Under the pieces are notes generated by a model that saw only the letters and a list, made by a program, of their open reading frames with translations, was not told the DNA's origin and made no database searches. From Macrostomum lignano (Eukaryota), in NCBI GenBank assembly GCA_002269645.1, contig NIVC01000010.1, positions 124,001 to 188,000 of the forward strand: 64,000 bases of DNA, in the 5' to 3' direction. A program made the translations under genes and the position numbers. Positions 1 through 16,165 of this stretch are shown here, one piece after another. How positions within the stretch are numbered: the stretch's first letter is position 1; each line of letters opens with the position of its first letter.

Positions 1-1206
1 TTCAATGACCCGGACGGCCTGCGGGAGGTTCCAGTGGTGGCAGCGCGGCTTTGACAACAGTTTTTGACCAACGCTCACGAAGGTCTGGGAGGTCATTTCG
101 GAGCCGAGAAATGCTACCGCACACTGAAACTGACCGCCTACTGGCCCGGCATGGCTGAAGACATCGTGCAACACTGCCAGAGTTGTTCTGTCTGTCAGGA
201 GAAGAAAGCGGGCTCGCGGACCAGCGCGCCACTCGGAGAACTGCCAATCGGCTCGCCGTGGGATTCTGTGGCTATCGACATCGTCAAGGTGGCGCCATCA
301 TCGCGCGGCAACAAATACCTGCTGGTGGCTCAGGATCAGTTTTCCAAGTACCTGACGGCCGTGGCGATTCCTGACCAGACTGCTGAGACTACTGCTCGCG
401 CCTTCCTCTCCATCTGCTCCCAGACTGGACTTCCCTGAGTCATCCACTCCGATCAAGGACCGAATTTCGAGTCTCAGCTTTTTCAAGACACTCTGCGAGG
501 CCTGGGAGTCACGAAGACAAGAACAACGGCTTACAATCCCAAAGGCAACGGATTAGCGGAGTAGGGCAACAAGTCAGTGCTGCAGTTACTCAGGTGTTTC
601 ACCGAGCGAGAGAGCGAGTGGGAGGACAAGCTGCCACTGATCCTGCTGTCCTACAATTCCCGGTGCACTGCTCAACACAGCTGCCGCCACTGAAGGTGTT
701 CACCGGGCGCGATCCGAGCCTGCCGGTCATCAGCCAGCAGTCCAGGCGATTCTATGACGTGCGCACCTACGCCGACAAGCTCGAGGGCGACCTGCTGCGA
801 ATTCGAGAGTTTGTCGAGGAGCATCTGGTGCAGGCGGCTGGCGAGCAAAAGAGCGGCTACGACAGGTCGACCGGGCAGCTGCGCACGTTCAGTCCTGGAG
901 ACGAGGTCCTGCTGTGCATCGAGCTGAGGGGCTCCAAGCTGGCGCCTTACTGGGAGCCCGGGCTGGCAGGTGCTGTCGCAGCGGGATCTGGTAGTCGAAA
1001 TCCAAAAGATCGAGAACGGCCGGACCCGCAGGGTGAATGTGAATCGTCTGCGGCCGCGGATCCTGCCAGTCCCTGACGGAGAGCGCTTCCTGCAGCCGCC
1101 CTTTGCGCACGCGGCGCACGGCGGCGATGAGGCGGACGAGGAGCCGCCCCCGAGACGCTACCCGGTGCGTAGGTGGATGCCGGTGGATCGCTATGTGGCC
1201 GGTTGA
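1..1206 (+). pseudogene. Ty3/Gypsy LTR retrotransposon pol, integrase region, decayed (runs off left edge)
   Basis: Integrase zinc-binding motif (HEGLGGHFG...HCQSCSVCQ), rve core (WDSVAIDIV, KYLLVAQDQFSKYL, IHSDQGPNFES, TTAYNPKGNG) and a GPY/F-like tail (FSPGDEVLL...KLAPYWEPG). Interrupted by in-frame stops (TGA 436-438, TAG near 561) and two frameshifts (near 600 and 960). Confidence 0.93.
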
Positions 1207-1356
1207 ATTTTTGATTGATTGACTCAGTGACTGTTCGACTGACTGTTGCGAATTATTTGAAAGCGAGAAATTCTTTATAACAATATTGTTCGAATGTTTT
1301 ACTGTTCTTATGTTTCCTTCGAATTATTCGTTCGAATGTTATTGATCTTTTTCGCC

Positions 1357-1432
1357 GGGGAGGATTGTAGTGAGTTGCAAGTGTACTTGTATGCGCCAGT
1401 CGCTAGAGCGGGGTGGGGGTTGCTTCTCGGAC
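1357..1432 (+). mobile_element. Putative polypurine tract and start of a truncated 3' LTR
   Basis: GGGGAGGA at 1357-1364 followed by TGTAGTGAG at 1366, about 150 nt after the pol stop: the usual PPT/TG arrangement. No full LTR recognisable. Confidence 0.5.
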
Positions 1433-1596
1433 ACCCTCAAAAGTCACAAAATCAAAAATACAAAAAAATGAAAAATTGGGAGGAAAAAGAAAGATGGGAG
1501 AAGAAAGAGAGGGAAAGAGGAGAGAAAAAAGAGAAAGAGAAGAAAATAAAAAAGGCAAGAAAAGTCACATACAAAGTTAAAATTGAGTCGCAATCG

Positions 1597-1775
1597 GGAG
1601 GAACTTAGTTGCAATTAGGAGGAACTAAGTCATAATCTTTAGGAACTAGCTTGTAAGTCATAATCAGGAGGAACTAAGTCACAATTGGGAAGAACTAAGT
1701 TGCAATTAGGAGGAACTAAGTTGCAATTGGGAAGAACTAAGTCATAATCAAAGGAACTAAGTTGCAATTGGGAGA
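1597..1775. repeat. Degenerate ~21-bp tandem repeat (AGGAGGAACTAAGTTGCAATT)
   Basis: Direct reading, about 8 imperfect units. Confidence 0.8.
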
Positions 1776-3219
1776 TTTTTCTGCCTGTCATCTCCTCTGC
1801 TTAGGCTTTGTAACAAAATAAATAAAGAAAAAAAGCAAATTGCACAAAGAAAATTGTGTATTTTGCAGTCCTGATGAATTTATTAAATGTAGTGATAAAA
1901 TATAATAATTTTAATATTTTTATTCTATCTTTGACTCTTGACTCAGCTACTTAGGTACTACTTTTACTCACTGCTAGTCTATGTTTACTATAATATTTGC
2001 CTTCTAGAGTACAATACTAAGTATTTACCTATAATATATTCCTACAAATTTAATTTAAGGGGACAAAGATATAAGTATTGTAAATCTCTTCTACTAGGAG
2101 CATCTGATGCCCAGTGACTTTAGCCAGTTATTTACATAAACGTCCAGTATAAAATTGCTCAATAGAGGACCATTAATGCAAATTCGTAATAGATGCTTAA
2201 TTTTGGCAGATGTTAATTGTGTTCTTCTTTCATATACTATATGTTTATAGATAGAAAATCCTCGTTCTGAATCAGCTAAATAAAATAGGTTAAGTTAGCA
2301 CCACCTGAATTAGTTTTTTAATTCGAGGCATCCATTCAACTGTCTGTACTTCAAGAAAAAAGCCTAGAATAAAACAGGACTTTTAAGCTTATAGGTGCAG
2401 AATTCAGTCTTGTGAGCTATTAAGCTATGAATGAGTATTTGAAACTGGCCAGATATTGTCGTTGGCAACCTCCTCTGATGCCCCTATGCTTGGCTTGAAT
2501 GAGAATCAGAATCAGACAATACTGTTTCCATTTCATCATTGGCAGAATCATCTTGCATTCTAAGGCATCTAGCTAGAGGAATTTTCTTTGCACTGTATAC
2601 TAAATAATAATAATATACTTGTATATCAAAAAATTCATAAGTGTTTATATACACCATGTACATACATTGGCATGCCATGACATGCACACTGCATGGCAAT
2701 TGTAATGTTAAGGTTTCAGAATGCATGTTTGAAAAAATTGGCATGCACTAAATCTTCTGGAATATAGAGTTTTATTGAGTTTTAAATAAGTATCCTAGCT
2801 CAATATTTTTAATGTATAATACTAAATAAATATGAGCTATTAAATATTAATATTTATATAATAATATACTTTTAATATAATATGAAATAGCTCTACAAAA
2901 TAAGTATTCCAGTTTTTATGCCAGTTAATAGCTTAAATAGTATAGTTATAATTATGAACCATAAATAGGATAGAAAAATATTTTTAACATCAAAAGAAGA
3001 AAATCATGGTGTTAAGACAATTGTGAAAATGGTATATATTGAAAATTTCCAAACTTAGATGCCATTTTAAAGAAAGTAAGCCTATTTTTTGAATTGATGA
3101 ATGGTAAATTTTTTAAACCTTAACTTGAGATCTTAGAAAATGTGCCATAAATGTAATTAAAAGCAAATTCAAGTTTTTATTGCTTTTGTTTTAACATTCA
3201 TGTTGCATAATAGGTAGCA

Positions 3220-4407
3220 ATGGACAATGAATTGCCAATGCCCCTGGTGCCAGCAGATCGGGTTAACCTTCGCCTCCTATTAGTGTCAGGAGAAGTTCAT
3301 AATTTCCTATTCAATCCAGATGACTGTGCTCAGGAAATAACTGATTTTGTGTTTCACAACTGGCCTGAAGGTAGGTGAATTTAAGCTGACTGATTTTGGG
3401 GAATGTCAATATTTTATTAATTATAGATCAAGATGGATATTATACTCGTACAGGATATCATTCAAAATCAGAGATAGATCAGAGATGGGAGAAAGAGATC
3501 TGAGATGGGAGAAACAGATCTGAGATACGAGAGATAGATCAGAAATATTTATCAGTGAACACTCTAAGTTGCTCATTGCTCAACCACCCCCCCCCCAGGC
3601 TGGTCATCAGCTGAGCGGCCAGACTCCAACATCCTTCGCCTCATCTATCACGGCCGATTCCTTCATCCCAGTGTGACCCTGTCTGCCCTGCGCCTGCCGC
3701 TTGGCAAGACCACTGTCATGCACCTGGTCTCCAGGGAGACAGCTCCGCCCCAGCCTGCTGATGGTGAGCTCTGGGGTGTCAGGCTGGGTCTGAATGCAGT
3801 GCTGAGTGTGTCAGACTGGATCTGATTGCAGTGCTTAGTGTGTCAGATTGAGTCTGATTGCAATGCTGCGTGTGTCAGATTGAGTCTGATTGCAGTGCTG
3901 AGTGTGTCAGATTGAGTCTGATTGCAGTGCTGAGTCTGTCAGACTGAGTTTGATTGCAATGCTGAGTGTGTCAGACTGAGTCTGATTGCAGTGCTGAGTT
4001 TGTCAGACTGAGTCTGATTGCAGTGCTGAGTGTGTCAGACTGGGTCTGATTGCAATGCTGAGTGTGTCAGATTGAGTCTGATTGCAGTGCTGAGTGTGTC
4101 AGATTGAGTCTGATTGCAGTGCTGAGTCTGTCAGACTGAGTCTGATTGCAGTGCTGAGTGTGTCAGACTGAGTCTGATTGCAGTACTGAGTGTGTCAGAC
4201 TGAGTCACACTCGTTAAACTAGTTAAATTTCGCAGTTACTCTGCATCGAAATTCTTTGATCTCAATAACGTTGACTTAGCTGTATGAGCTGTTATCAGTA
4301 AAAAAAGATAATTAATCTATCACTATTAATTAAATAATTTAATTTCAGAAGAGCGCCGCAACTCAAAGCGCAGCGACAGCGGCTGTCATTGCTGCGCAGT
4401 TCTGTGA
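3220..4407 (+). CDS. UBL3: Ubiquitin-like protein 3 (MUB family), 124 aa; join(3220..3370,3599..3763,4349..4407)
   Basis: Spliced product MDNELPMPLVPADRVNLRLLLVSGEVHNFLFNPDD...NILRLIYHGRFLHPSVTLSALRLPLGKTTVMHLVSRE...GCHCCAVL matches UBL3 motifs (VPAD-INLRLILVSG, LRLIYQGRFLH, TVMHLV) and ends in a CaaX box. GT-AG introns, both phase 1, frame intact. Missed by the ORF track because the exons are short. Confidence 0.96.
3775..4205. repeat. 32-bp minisatellite in UBL3 intron 2 (GTGTCAGACTGAGTCTGATTGCAGTGCTGAGT)
   Basis: Period 32 seen directly (tgtcag at 3841, 3873, 3905). Confidence 0.93.
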
Positions 4408-4624
4408 AGCACTGCGTTGCCAAACGCCCTCAGTTAGTCGGACTTTTTCATCTTATTAATCATCCGCCCTGTCCTGATTCCTTCTTCAATGGGTCGCTAA
4501 AAGTACACGTTGAAGAATGGGAAATACGTTTGAAGGCTAAAAAATTATCTAAATTTGTTGAAACAGCAACACCAGGGCTTTAGGATTAAAAAGACAGACC
4601 ACAACATATTTCGAAGGTTGCCAA

Positions 4625-5069
4625 CACAGATACCGGAATAAACTAGATGGGGCCACTCAGGCATATGTACTTAGTAAAACAGCTTTCTACTTTCAGTTCA
4701 GTAGCAAAGAAGAATACATAAGCTATTTTATAAAAATAAAGACAGTCGAAATGGCTTTGATAAGTTTAGAAGCCCAAGCTTGCAGGCGTAAACAACTTGC
4801 TAATTGGTTCAAGCCATAATGTACATTAGCCAGTCCACTGAAATGTACATGGCAGCTTTAGGCTGGAATTCCGAGAAAGGCAATAAAAATTGGGGCGGGG
4901 CGGAGGGGTAGTGTGGAAAGGCGCGGTTGGAGGGTTTAAGCTGGGGTAAGAAGAGCCAATAGATGAACAAAGGCTTTAAAAGTACATTAAAATGCTTAAG
5001 TTTAACTTGCTACTGAACTGAAAGTGCTGAGTGTGCTGAGTGGCCCATCTAGTTATTCTAGTATCTGTG
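4625..5069. mobile_element. MITE-like non-autonomous DNA transposon, possible hAT type
   Basis: Imperfect TIRs CACAGATACCGGAATAAACTAGATGGGGCCACTCAG / CTGAGTGGCCCATCTAGTTATTCTAGTATCTGTG, a second inverted block (CTTTCAGTTCAGTAGCAA / TTGCTACTGAACTGAAAG) and 8-bp flanks GTTGCCAA / ATTGCCAA (7/8 identical). Confidence 0.7.
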
Positions 5070-5987
5070 ATTGCCAACAAAAACATAGCTAAATAAGATA
5101 AGCTAGGTCAAAAACGAGTACTTGATGGGGATTATCTGATTCTTAGAACAGTTTTCACTTTATCATTGTTTTTATAATCTAGCCTTCATAACTTTGTTTT
5201 CCAAGAAATGTTAGTGTCTACTGCTTCTAACGCTCCTTGTGTTCTTTTATTCTTCCATACATAGGTCAGTTGGACAAGCGCGTACACAGCGCTTGTTGGT
5301 GCAATGTCTTCTGTATAGTGGCTGTAATCATACTTTATTTTACTACAGTGCCATTCTGTCACTTGCTTCAAAATACTATTAATTTAACATTTCACGTGCT
5401 CATAATTTCAACTTCTGTAAGCTTAATGTTTTTGCTTTTTCTTAAACCTATTTGCTAAGCAAAGTTGCTCATGGTTGTCTGCTTTGTTAATTAATTTTCG
5501 CTTTTTTACTTTAATATATGTTGCACTTCTGGCTCTGTTCAAGTGTCCGTAAAACTATCTGTAAGCTTTCAATTAGGTTGAATTGTCAAACTTTTGCCTT
5601 AATATCCCAGCCACGATGTACCGCAGTATTGCCGCGCAGTGCTTAACTCTACTTACAGTAGCAAGTGCTGGGTTTTCATTATCTTTTTTATAAAAAAACT
5701 CAAACGAACCGTGTAAAAATTGCCAAGCGCCATACGCTTCAATTGTAAATCTCTGAAATAAAAACTGACTTTGACTTGACTGCGAAAATTCTTTGCTCCT
5801 AATCTCCGTGTTTTGTGGACTTGGGAGAGTTTGTGAAAAAAATAATTAGAGTCAGTTTTGTCTTAATTTGTTACATCTAGCTCTGTTAGTTCAAATTGCA
5901 TGTAATGCTTGAAAGAAAATACGAATTGAAAGAGTAAACTTGCAGCCAGTAGCAGTTTTAGCAGTTTTGCTTAGGGCTTGTAGCCCA

Positions 5988-6240
5988 TGAGTAGAGCTCA
6001 GTAGTTAGAGCGTCGGACTTACGACTGGTAGGTTGGGGGTTCGTTTCTCGACCCAACTCGAAACAATTTGTGTCCTGGAGCAAGACACTTAATTATGCAT
6101 TGCTTCAGTTCACCCAGCTGTACCATGGATGCCAGTATAAGCGCGCTAGGATAATTCAGGGTGTGTGTGGCGACCGGCCCCCTGCAGTCCTTGGACTGAA
6201 CAGCCGTACGCAGCCTTCAGATGCGCCGCGCAATTGCTCT
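5988..6240 (+). mobile_element. tRNA-derived SINE with CORE-like central domain, copy 1
   Basis: A-box-like AGCTCAGTAGTTAG (5995), B-box GGTTCGTTTC (6038), MIR/CORE-like GTGTCCTGGAGCAAGACACTT...CTTCAGTTCACCCAGCTGT. Body and tail shared with the copy at ~29990-30213. Confidence 0.8.
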
Positions 6241-7950
6241 GATCTCTTTTTTCCTTTATTCCCACGCTTCAATTCTTTCTCTATCCGGCCTCTCATTCTC
6301 CCTGGTCCGCAGTCGCCCACCTAGATTCTCATCGACCCCTGGTGTAGATGTACATGTACGTGTTTACAGTGTAATTAAATATTCTGACTAAGCCATGACC
6401 AACAGTCCCATCGGCCATCCTTAGCTAGCTTATTCTTATGTGCATTATGAATTGAATTTCGCAGTAGGATTCCGCAACGAGCACTTAATCTTGGAATTCT
6501 ACAGATTTCTATATATATCTTAGGCTGTCACTAAATTCTTTTTGATTGAGCGGCCCATTCATCGATCGTCTCTGCAGTTGAATACACTAGTGCGCGATGA
6601 ATAAAGTATAAATTAACCAAGCTGAAACTTTTTAAAAGATGCACTTCCCCTTACGATACTGTGGAAGAAAAGTAGATGCTTCTACGCCTCGGGGATGTTC
6701 ATCAATACGGACTGAAGCAGCTCATTTGATATTAAAAATTCTACATGTAATTTAGAACTACATAAGCCTTGTGACCCAACAAGTGTCGCAATTGGCTCGC
6801 TATAGAGGATTTGTATTAACAGTTTCTTGCACTCTTAGGTACATGTAGGAACGGTTTATATAGGACTTTTTATGGTAACCAAAGACATTCTCCGTAGTGA
6901 GTTTAGGGTGGGGTGCAACATTTGGTGTTAGCTCGTACAATTTGGTTAATCGGTTTTGGAACTTCATGGCAATCAAATTTGTACACTAGCTGTAAATTTC
7001 TACAGAAAGCAATGTTTGCATTATTTCGGAGTAAAGGTATTAATTTGCATTATTCGATTTATGAGGTGATTCGTCTTTGGAGCTTACATGTACGAGTACG
7101 AGGAAAAATCTTTAACTGGTCGACTGTAGCCTTTTACATTATACTTAACCCGTGACATTGGCACTACTATTTAAAACAAAAAAGCTATATTTTTTATTAA
7201 AAATTAAGTTCAAACAGTAAATAGTTACAATAATTGTACGAAAGTAAAACTATAAATATGTTTCCGTTTAATACTTGAAAAATTCCACATCCATAATTAT
7301 TTACAGTCGTTGTTTTGTCTTTCAATTTTATCGCAAATTAATTATTAAACACATGAAGAAAGGCATTGCCATTGAGGTTTACAGCATAACATTTTCAGTT
7401 TTTAATCAAGGCAACAGTCTGCGAAAACTGAAGTGTTTCGCAGATGAATTGTTTATAAATTAATTTTCAAAGAATAATGGCACAAAATTTGGCCTTATGC
7501 TTTAGTGTCAGCAGAATTTGTTGCTACAATGTAAGTGACTGAGTCTGTCTGTGTCTGTGACTGTGACGATTACGACTACGACAGCATTTTTTATATTTTA
7601 ACCGCCTTGTTAACCTTAATGTCCATTGTTATTACAAAAACTTTTACAAAATACACTACTTAATGACTGCAGCACATCTTTTGACAAGAAATACTTGGGT
7701 TTAATTTTTTTATTCTGTTCTGCTTTCGATTCACAATGCAAATATGCAAAATTAACTTTAAAATATCCTAAAAAAATACTTTAGACACCATTTCATTTGA
7801 TGACACTATAATAAACAAAAAAAATTAGTTTATATTTGAGGAATTTAATTTTAACCATCCTTTCATGTTTACTCAATGCACGAATTCATCCTTAATTTCA
7901 TTTCATTTATGTATTCATTGACATCAAAACCAATCAAACAGATTTACAAG

Positions 7951-10548
<2,598 letters not shown>

Positions 10549-10624
10549 ACTCTGTTTGAACAGCCTTAGTATCAAGATTCCTGGTCTCTTGGTGCGAAAT
10601 CTCAAATCAACCCCACTCTACTCA

Positions 10625-11338
10625 TTACACTTTACTCCCTACACTCTACTCCCTACACTCTAATCCCTACACTCTAATCCCTACACTTTGCTCCCTACAC
10701 TCTAATCCCTACACTCTAATCCCTACACTTTGCTCCCTACACTCTAATCCCTACACTTTACTCCCTACACTCTACTCCCTACACTCTAATCCCTACACTC
10801 TAATCCCTACACTTTGCTCCCTACACTCTAATCCCTACACTCTAATCCCTACACTTTGCTCCCTACACTCTAATCCCTACACTCTAATCCCTACACTCTA
10901 ATCCCTACACTCTAATCCCTACACTCTAATCCCTACACTCTAATCCCTACACTCTAATCCCTACACTCTAATCCCTACACTCTAATCCCTACACTCTAAT
11001 CCCTACACTCTAATCCCTACACTCTAATCCCTACACTCTAATCCCTACACTCTAATCCCTACACTCTAATCCCTACACTCTAATCCCTACACTCTAATCC
11101 CCACACTCTAATCCCTACACTCTAATCCCTACACTTTGCTCCCTACACTCTAATCCCTACACTCTAATCCCTACACTCTAATCCCTACACTCTAATCCCT
11201 ACACTCTAATCCCTACACTTTGCTCCCTACACTCTAATCCCTACACTCTAATCCCTACACTCTAATCCCTACACTCTAATCCCTACACTCTAATCCCTAC
11301 ACTCTAATCCCTACACTCTAATCCCTACACTCTACTCC
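10625..11338. repeat. 14-bp minisatellite (CCCTACACTCTAAT)
   Basis: Direct reading, with a minor TTTGCT variant. Confidence 0.95.
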
Positions 11339-11734
11339 CTATTCTACGTCGTATCATCCCAGCATTATTCTGGAATTCCGCTCCGTCCATCATGACGCAT
11401 TGAACATAACAGACGGATTTGTTCTTAACTAATTGCTTTATGTGCATCTGTGTGAATGGGGCCTAGCTCTTTAATTTTTTCTATTCTTTTACATTAATGA
11501 AAACTTGTGGGACGTAGGCAGACTTTAGTTGCTAAGTACAAGTAAAAGTCAGTCAAATTTGCGGTTTTATTGTGTGCCGTTCGAATTTTATAATTTTCTT
11601 ACTCATTCTGTAACATTTAGAGTAACATTGTCGGTTTTGGCTTGAATAATAAATGAATATTTCCTACAGGGGCGAATGAAAGTTAAATATCAAGTAGAAG
11701 ATGAATAAGTGAGTAGCTAAAATGATGGAGTTGA

Positions 11735-13072
11735 GAGTAGAAAGGGTAGAGTAGAGAGTAGAAAGGGCAGAGTAGAGAGTAGAAAGGGTAGAGTAGAGAG
11801 TAGAAAGGGTAGAGTAGAGAGTAGAAAGGGTAGAGTAGAGAGTAGAAAGGGCAGAGTAGAGAGTAGAAAGGGCAGAGTAGAGAGTAGAAAGGGTAGAGTA
11901 GAGAGTAGAAAGGGTAGAGTAGAGAGTAGAAAGGGTAGAGTAGAGAGTAGAAAGGGCAGAGTAGAGAGTAGAAAGGGCAGAGTAGAGAGTAGAAAGGGTA
12001 GAGTAGAGAGTAGAAAGGGTAGAGTAGAGAGTAGAAAGGGTAGAGTAGAGAGTAGAAAGGGTAGAGTAGAGAGTAGAAAGGGTAGAGTAGAGAGTAGAAA
12101 GGGTAGAGTAGAGAGTAGAAAGGGTAGAGTAGAGAGTAGAAAGGGTAGAGTAGAGAGTAGAAAGGGTAGAGTAGAGAGTAGAAAGGGCAGAGTAGAGAGT
12201 AGAAAGGGCAGAGTAGAGAGTAGAAAGGGTAGAGTAGAGAGTAGAAAGGGTAGAGTAGAGAGTAGAAAGGGTAGAGTAGAGAGTAGAAAGGGCAGAGTAG
12301 AGAGTAGAAAGGGTAGAGTAGAGAGTAGAAAGGGTAGAGTAGAGAGAAGAAATGGTAGAGTAGAGAGTAGAAAGGGTAGAGTAGAGAGTAGAAAGGGTAG
12401 AGTAGAGAGTAGAAAGGGTAGAGTAGAGAGTAGAAAGGGTAGAGTAGAGAGTAGAAAGGGTAGAGTAGAGAGTAGAAAGGGCAGAGTAGAGAGTAGAAAG
12501 GGTAGAGTAGAGAGTAGAAAGGGTAGAGTAGAGAGAAGAAATGGTAGAGTAGAGAGTAGAAAGGGTAGAGTAGAGAGTAGAAAGGGTAGAGTAGAGAGTA
12601 GAAAGGGTAGAGTAGAGAGTAGAAAGGGTAGAGTAGAGAGTAGAAAGGGTAGAGTAGAGAGTAGAAAGGGTAGAGTAGAGAGTAGAAAGGGTAGAGTAGA
12701 GAGTAGAAAGGGTAGAGTAGAGAGTAGAAAGGGTAGAGTAGAGAGTAGAAAGGGCAGAGTAGAGAGTAGAAAGGGTAGAGTAGAGAGTAGAAAGGGTAGA
12801 GTAGAGAGTAGAAAGGGTAGAGTAGAGAGTAGAAAGGGTAGATTAGAGAGTAGAAAGGGTAGAGTAGAGAGTAGAAAGGGTAGAGTAGAGAGTAGAAAGG
12901 GTAGAGTAGAGAGTAGAAAGGGTAGAGTAGAGAGTAGAAAGGGTAGAGTAGAGAGTAGAAAGGGTAGAGTAGAGAGTAGAAAGGGTAGAGTAGAGAGTAG
13001 AAAGGGTAGAGTAGAGAGTAGAAAGGGTAGAGTAGAGAGTAGAAAGGGTAGAGTAGAGAGTAGAAAGGGTAA
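11735..13072. repeat. 21-bp purine-rich minisatellite (TAGAAAGGGTAGAGTAGAGAG)
   Basis: Direct reading, about 60 units. Confidence 0.95.
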
Positions 13073-13845
13073 AGTATAAGTTTAAGGTAGAACGGCGTAG
13101 ACGGATGAGCTACTCAAAAGAAAATAAACATTTCCAAAGTCGTCCCGTCCAAAACACTACGGCTGTGTAACTCACGCATCCTCAAATTCATTTTTGAAGG
13201 CTAAATTTTACAATACATTCTTCTTTTCTAAAATCCTTGTGCGCTGATTCCAGGAAATATTATAATGCTCATTTAATCTGCGAAAGCTTTTTCAATATTG
13301 TTTTTTTCCGCTGTCTGCTATCTACGAATTATAATTATACTCCTAATAAAATGCCAGACTTACAGAAAATTGAATAAGTTGGTAAGCCATTTCGCAAATT
13401 AAAATGTGCGACCATATGTGCTAGCAGAAATGCAGTCTTAATTATTTACAACTTGAGGGTTTGTCATATTTTTTCTGTCATAACCGAAATTTGATAGACC
13501 AAAAAATTTCATTATTTATAAGAATTTCCCACTTTTCCCAAGAAGTCCTTGTCAAGCTATCCTTGATATCCTAGATAGAGCCGATATGTTGTGTAGTAAA
13601 CTTTATCAACTGCACTTTGATTATTGGAATTTTTGCGAATTCTTTGATAAGTTTAATCTTTTAAAATGTTTCTATAGACATAGCATAGCTGGGATTCCTA
13701 CACCAGCTTTCCTAAAGAGAGATAAAGAGAAGATCTGTATTGATTTTTCATGGAGCCTGCTAGCTTGCTGTAGTAAATCAATGACTGCAGTTCCACCCTG
13801 AAAGGCAATCTGAATCCTTCTATGTCAACCAGAAGCAGAGGGTTC

Positions 13846-14245
13846 TAGTTTGTGAAGATTCTATAGTTTGTGAAGATTCTATAGTTTGTGGACATTCTAT
13901 ATAGTTTGTGAAGATTCTATAGTTTGTGAAGATTCTATAGTTTGTGAAGATTCTATAGTTTGTGAAGATTCTATAGTTTGTGAAGATTCTATAGTTTGTG
14001 AAGATTCTATAGTTTGTGAATATTTTATAGTTTGTGAAGATTCTATAATTTGTGAAGATTGTATAGTTTGTGAAGATTCTATAGTTTGTGAAGATTCTAT
14101 ATAGTTTGTGAAGATTGTATAGTTTGTGAAGATTCTATAGTTTTTGAAGATTCTATAGTTTGTGAAGATTCTATAGTTTGTGAAGATTCTATAGTTTGTG
14201 AAGATTCTATAGTTTGTGAAGATTCTATAGTTTGTGAAGATTCTA
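13846..14245. repeat. 18-bp minisatellite (TAGTTTGTGAAGATTCTA)
   Basis: Direct reading; source of the (IVCEDS)n ORF. Confidence 0.95.
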
Positions 14246-14567
14246 CGAGTATATAGTTTGTGTAGGTTCTGTTTTTACCTTCTAATCCAGCTTGCAATCA
14301 AGGACGACTAAAGATAACTCGTCTACTGCTGCGTTCAAGGACTCAAGGACTATAAGCTGTGCTTGTCCAATCAGTGAGAAGCCAAGGCTGCTTGTGAGAC
14401 ATTGACAGAATATTATTTATGGCTAGCCCTGCTGATCCTGTCTCAGATTTCCCTATCGCTAAAATCCCTAAGCAATAAAAAAAACTCGTCAGCTTAAAAG
14501 CGACAAGGTTTCAATAACTGCTTTTTCTTCCCAGTCAAAAACCTTTCTTTGAGAAACAAATTTGAGA

Positions 14568-14675
14568 ATGCAGCAATTTTATTTCATCAAGTTGACTGTC
14601 ATCATAGGCCTCCTGCTGGCTCCGGAGCTCGGCCACGGCTTCATCGGGACTCTGGGCGGCAGAGACCGCGGCGCT
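14568..14675 (+). CDS. Putative first exon encoding a signal peptide (MQQFYFIKLTVIIGLLLAPELGHGFIGTLGGRDRGA)
   Basis: ATG, basic residue, hydrophobic core, small-residue cleavage region, then a GTGAGA donor at 14676 (phase 0). Downstream partner exon uncertain. Confidence 0.5.
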
Positions 14676-14762
14676 GTGAGACTTTGTTAAATTCTATACT
14701 GCTTTTGTTAGCACAGCTTCAAGAATCTTGTTGGCCTCGTTTCGACGCCAATTTTAGTTTTT

Positions 14763-16165
14763 ATGGCGCCTCTTAAGAGTCTCTTTGGCGCCCTTTAAGA
14801 GTCTCTCTGCGCCCCCTAAGATCGTCTTTGGCGCCCCTTAACAGTCTTTGGCGCCCCTTAAGGAGTCTTTTGTGTGCCCCTTAATAATCTTTGGCGCCCC
14901 TTGAGAAGTCTTTTTGGCGCCCCTTAAGGAGTCTCTTTGGCGCCCCTTAAGGAATCCCTTTGGCGCCCCTTAAGGAATCCCTTTGGCGCCCCTTAAGGAA
15001 TCCCTTTGGCGCCCCTTAAGGAATCCCTTTGGCGCCCCCTTTAGAGTCTCTTTAGCGCCCCTTAAGGAGTCTTTTTGGCGCCCCTTAAGGAGTCTCTTTG
15101 GCGCCCCTATGGAATCCCATTGGCGCCCCTTAAGGAATCCCTTTGGCGCCCCCTTTAGAGTCTCTTTAGCGCCCCTTAAGGAGTCTTTTTGGCGCCCCTT
15201 AAGGAGTCTCTTTGGCGCCCCTATGGAATCCCATTGGCGCCCCTAAGGAATCCATTTGGCGCCCCTAAGGAATCCATTTGGCGCCCTTTTAGAGTCTCTT
15301 TGGCGCCCCTTAAAGAATCCCTTTGGCGCCCCTTTAGAGTCTCTTTGGCGCCCCTGTAGGAATCCCTTTGGCGCCCCTTTAGAGTCTCTTTGGCGCCCCT
15401 TAAGGAATCCCTTTGGCGCCCCTTTAGAGTCTCTTTGGCGCCCCTTAAGGAATCCCTTTAGCGCCCCCTTTAGAGTCTCTTTGGCGCCCCTTAAGGAATC
15501 CCTTTGGCGCCCCTTTAGAGTCTCTTTGGCGCCCCTTAAGGAATCCCTTTAGCGCCCCCTTTAGAGTCTCTTTGGCGCCCCTTAAGGAATCCCTTTTGGC
15601 GCCCCTTTAGAGTCTCTTTGGCGCCCCCTTTAGAGTCTCTTTGGCGCCTCTTAAAGTAATCCCTTTGGCGCCCCCTTTAGAGTCTCTTTGGCGCCCCTTA
15701 AGGAGTCTCTTTGGCGCCCCTTAAGGAGTCTTTTTGACACCCCTTTTAAAGTCTCTTTGGCGCCTCTTAAGAATCTTTGGCGCCCCTTAATAATCTTTCG
15801 CGCCCCTTAAGGAGTCTCTTTGGCGCCCCTTAAGGAATCCCTTTGGCGCCCCTTTAGAGTCTCTTTGGCGCCCCTTTTAGAGTCTCTTTGGCGCCCCTTA
15901 AAGAAATCCCTTTGGCGCCCCCTTTAGAGTCTCTTTGGTGCCCCTTAAGGAGTCTCTTTGGCGCCCCTTAAGGAGTCTTTTTGACGCCCCTTCTAAAGTC
16001 TCTTTGGTGCCTCTTAAGAATCTTTGGCGCCCCTTAATAATCTTTCGCGCCCCTTAAGGAGTCTCTTTGGCTCCCCTTAAGGAGTCTCTTTGGCGCCCCT
16101 TAAGGAGTCTCTTTGGCGCCCTTAAGAGTCTCCGGCGCCTCTTAAGAGACTTTAGCGCCCCTTAA
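14763..16165. repeat. ~22-bp GGCGCC-containing minisatellite (TTGGCGCCCCTTAAGGAATCCCT and variants)
   Basis: Direct reading, variable unit length. Confidence 0.93.
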
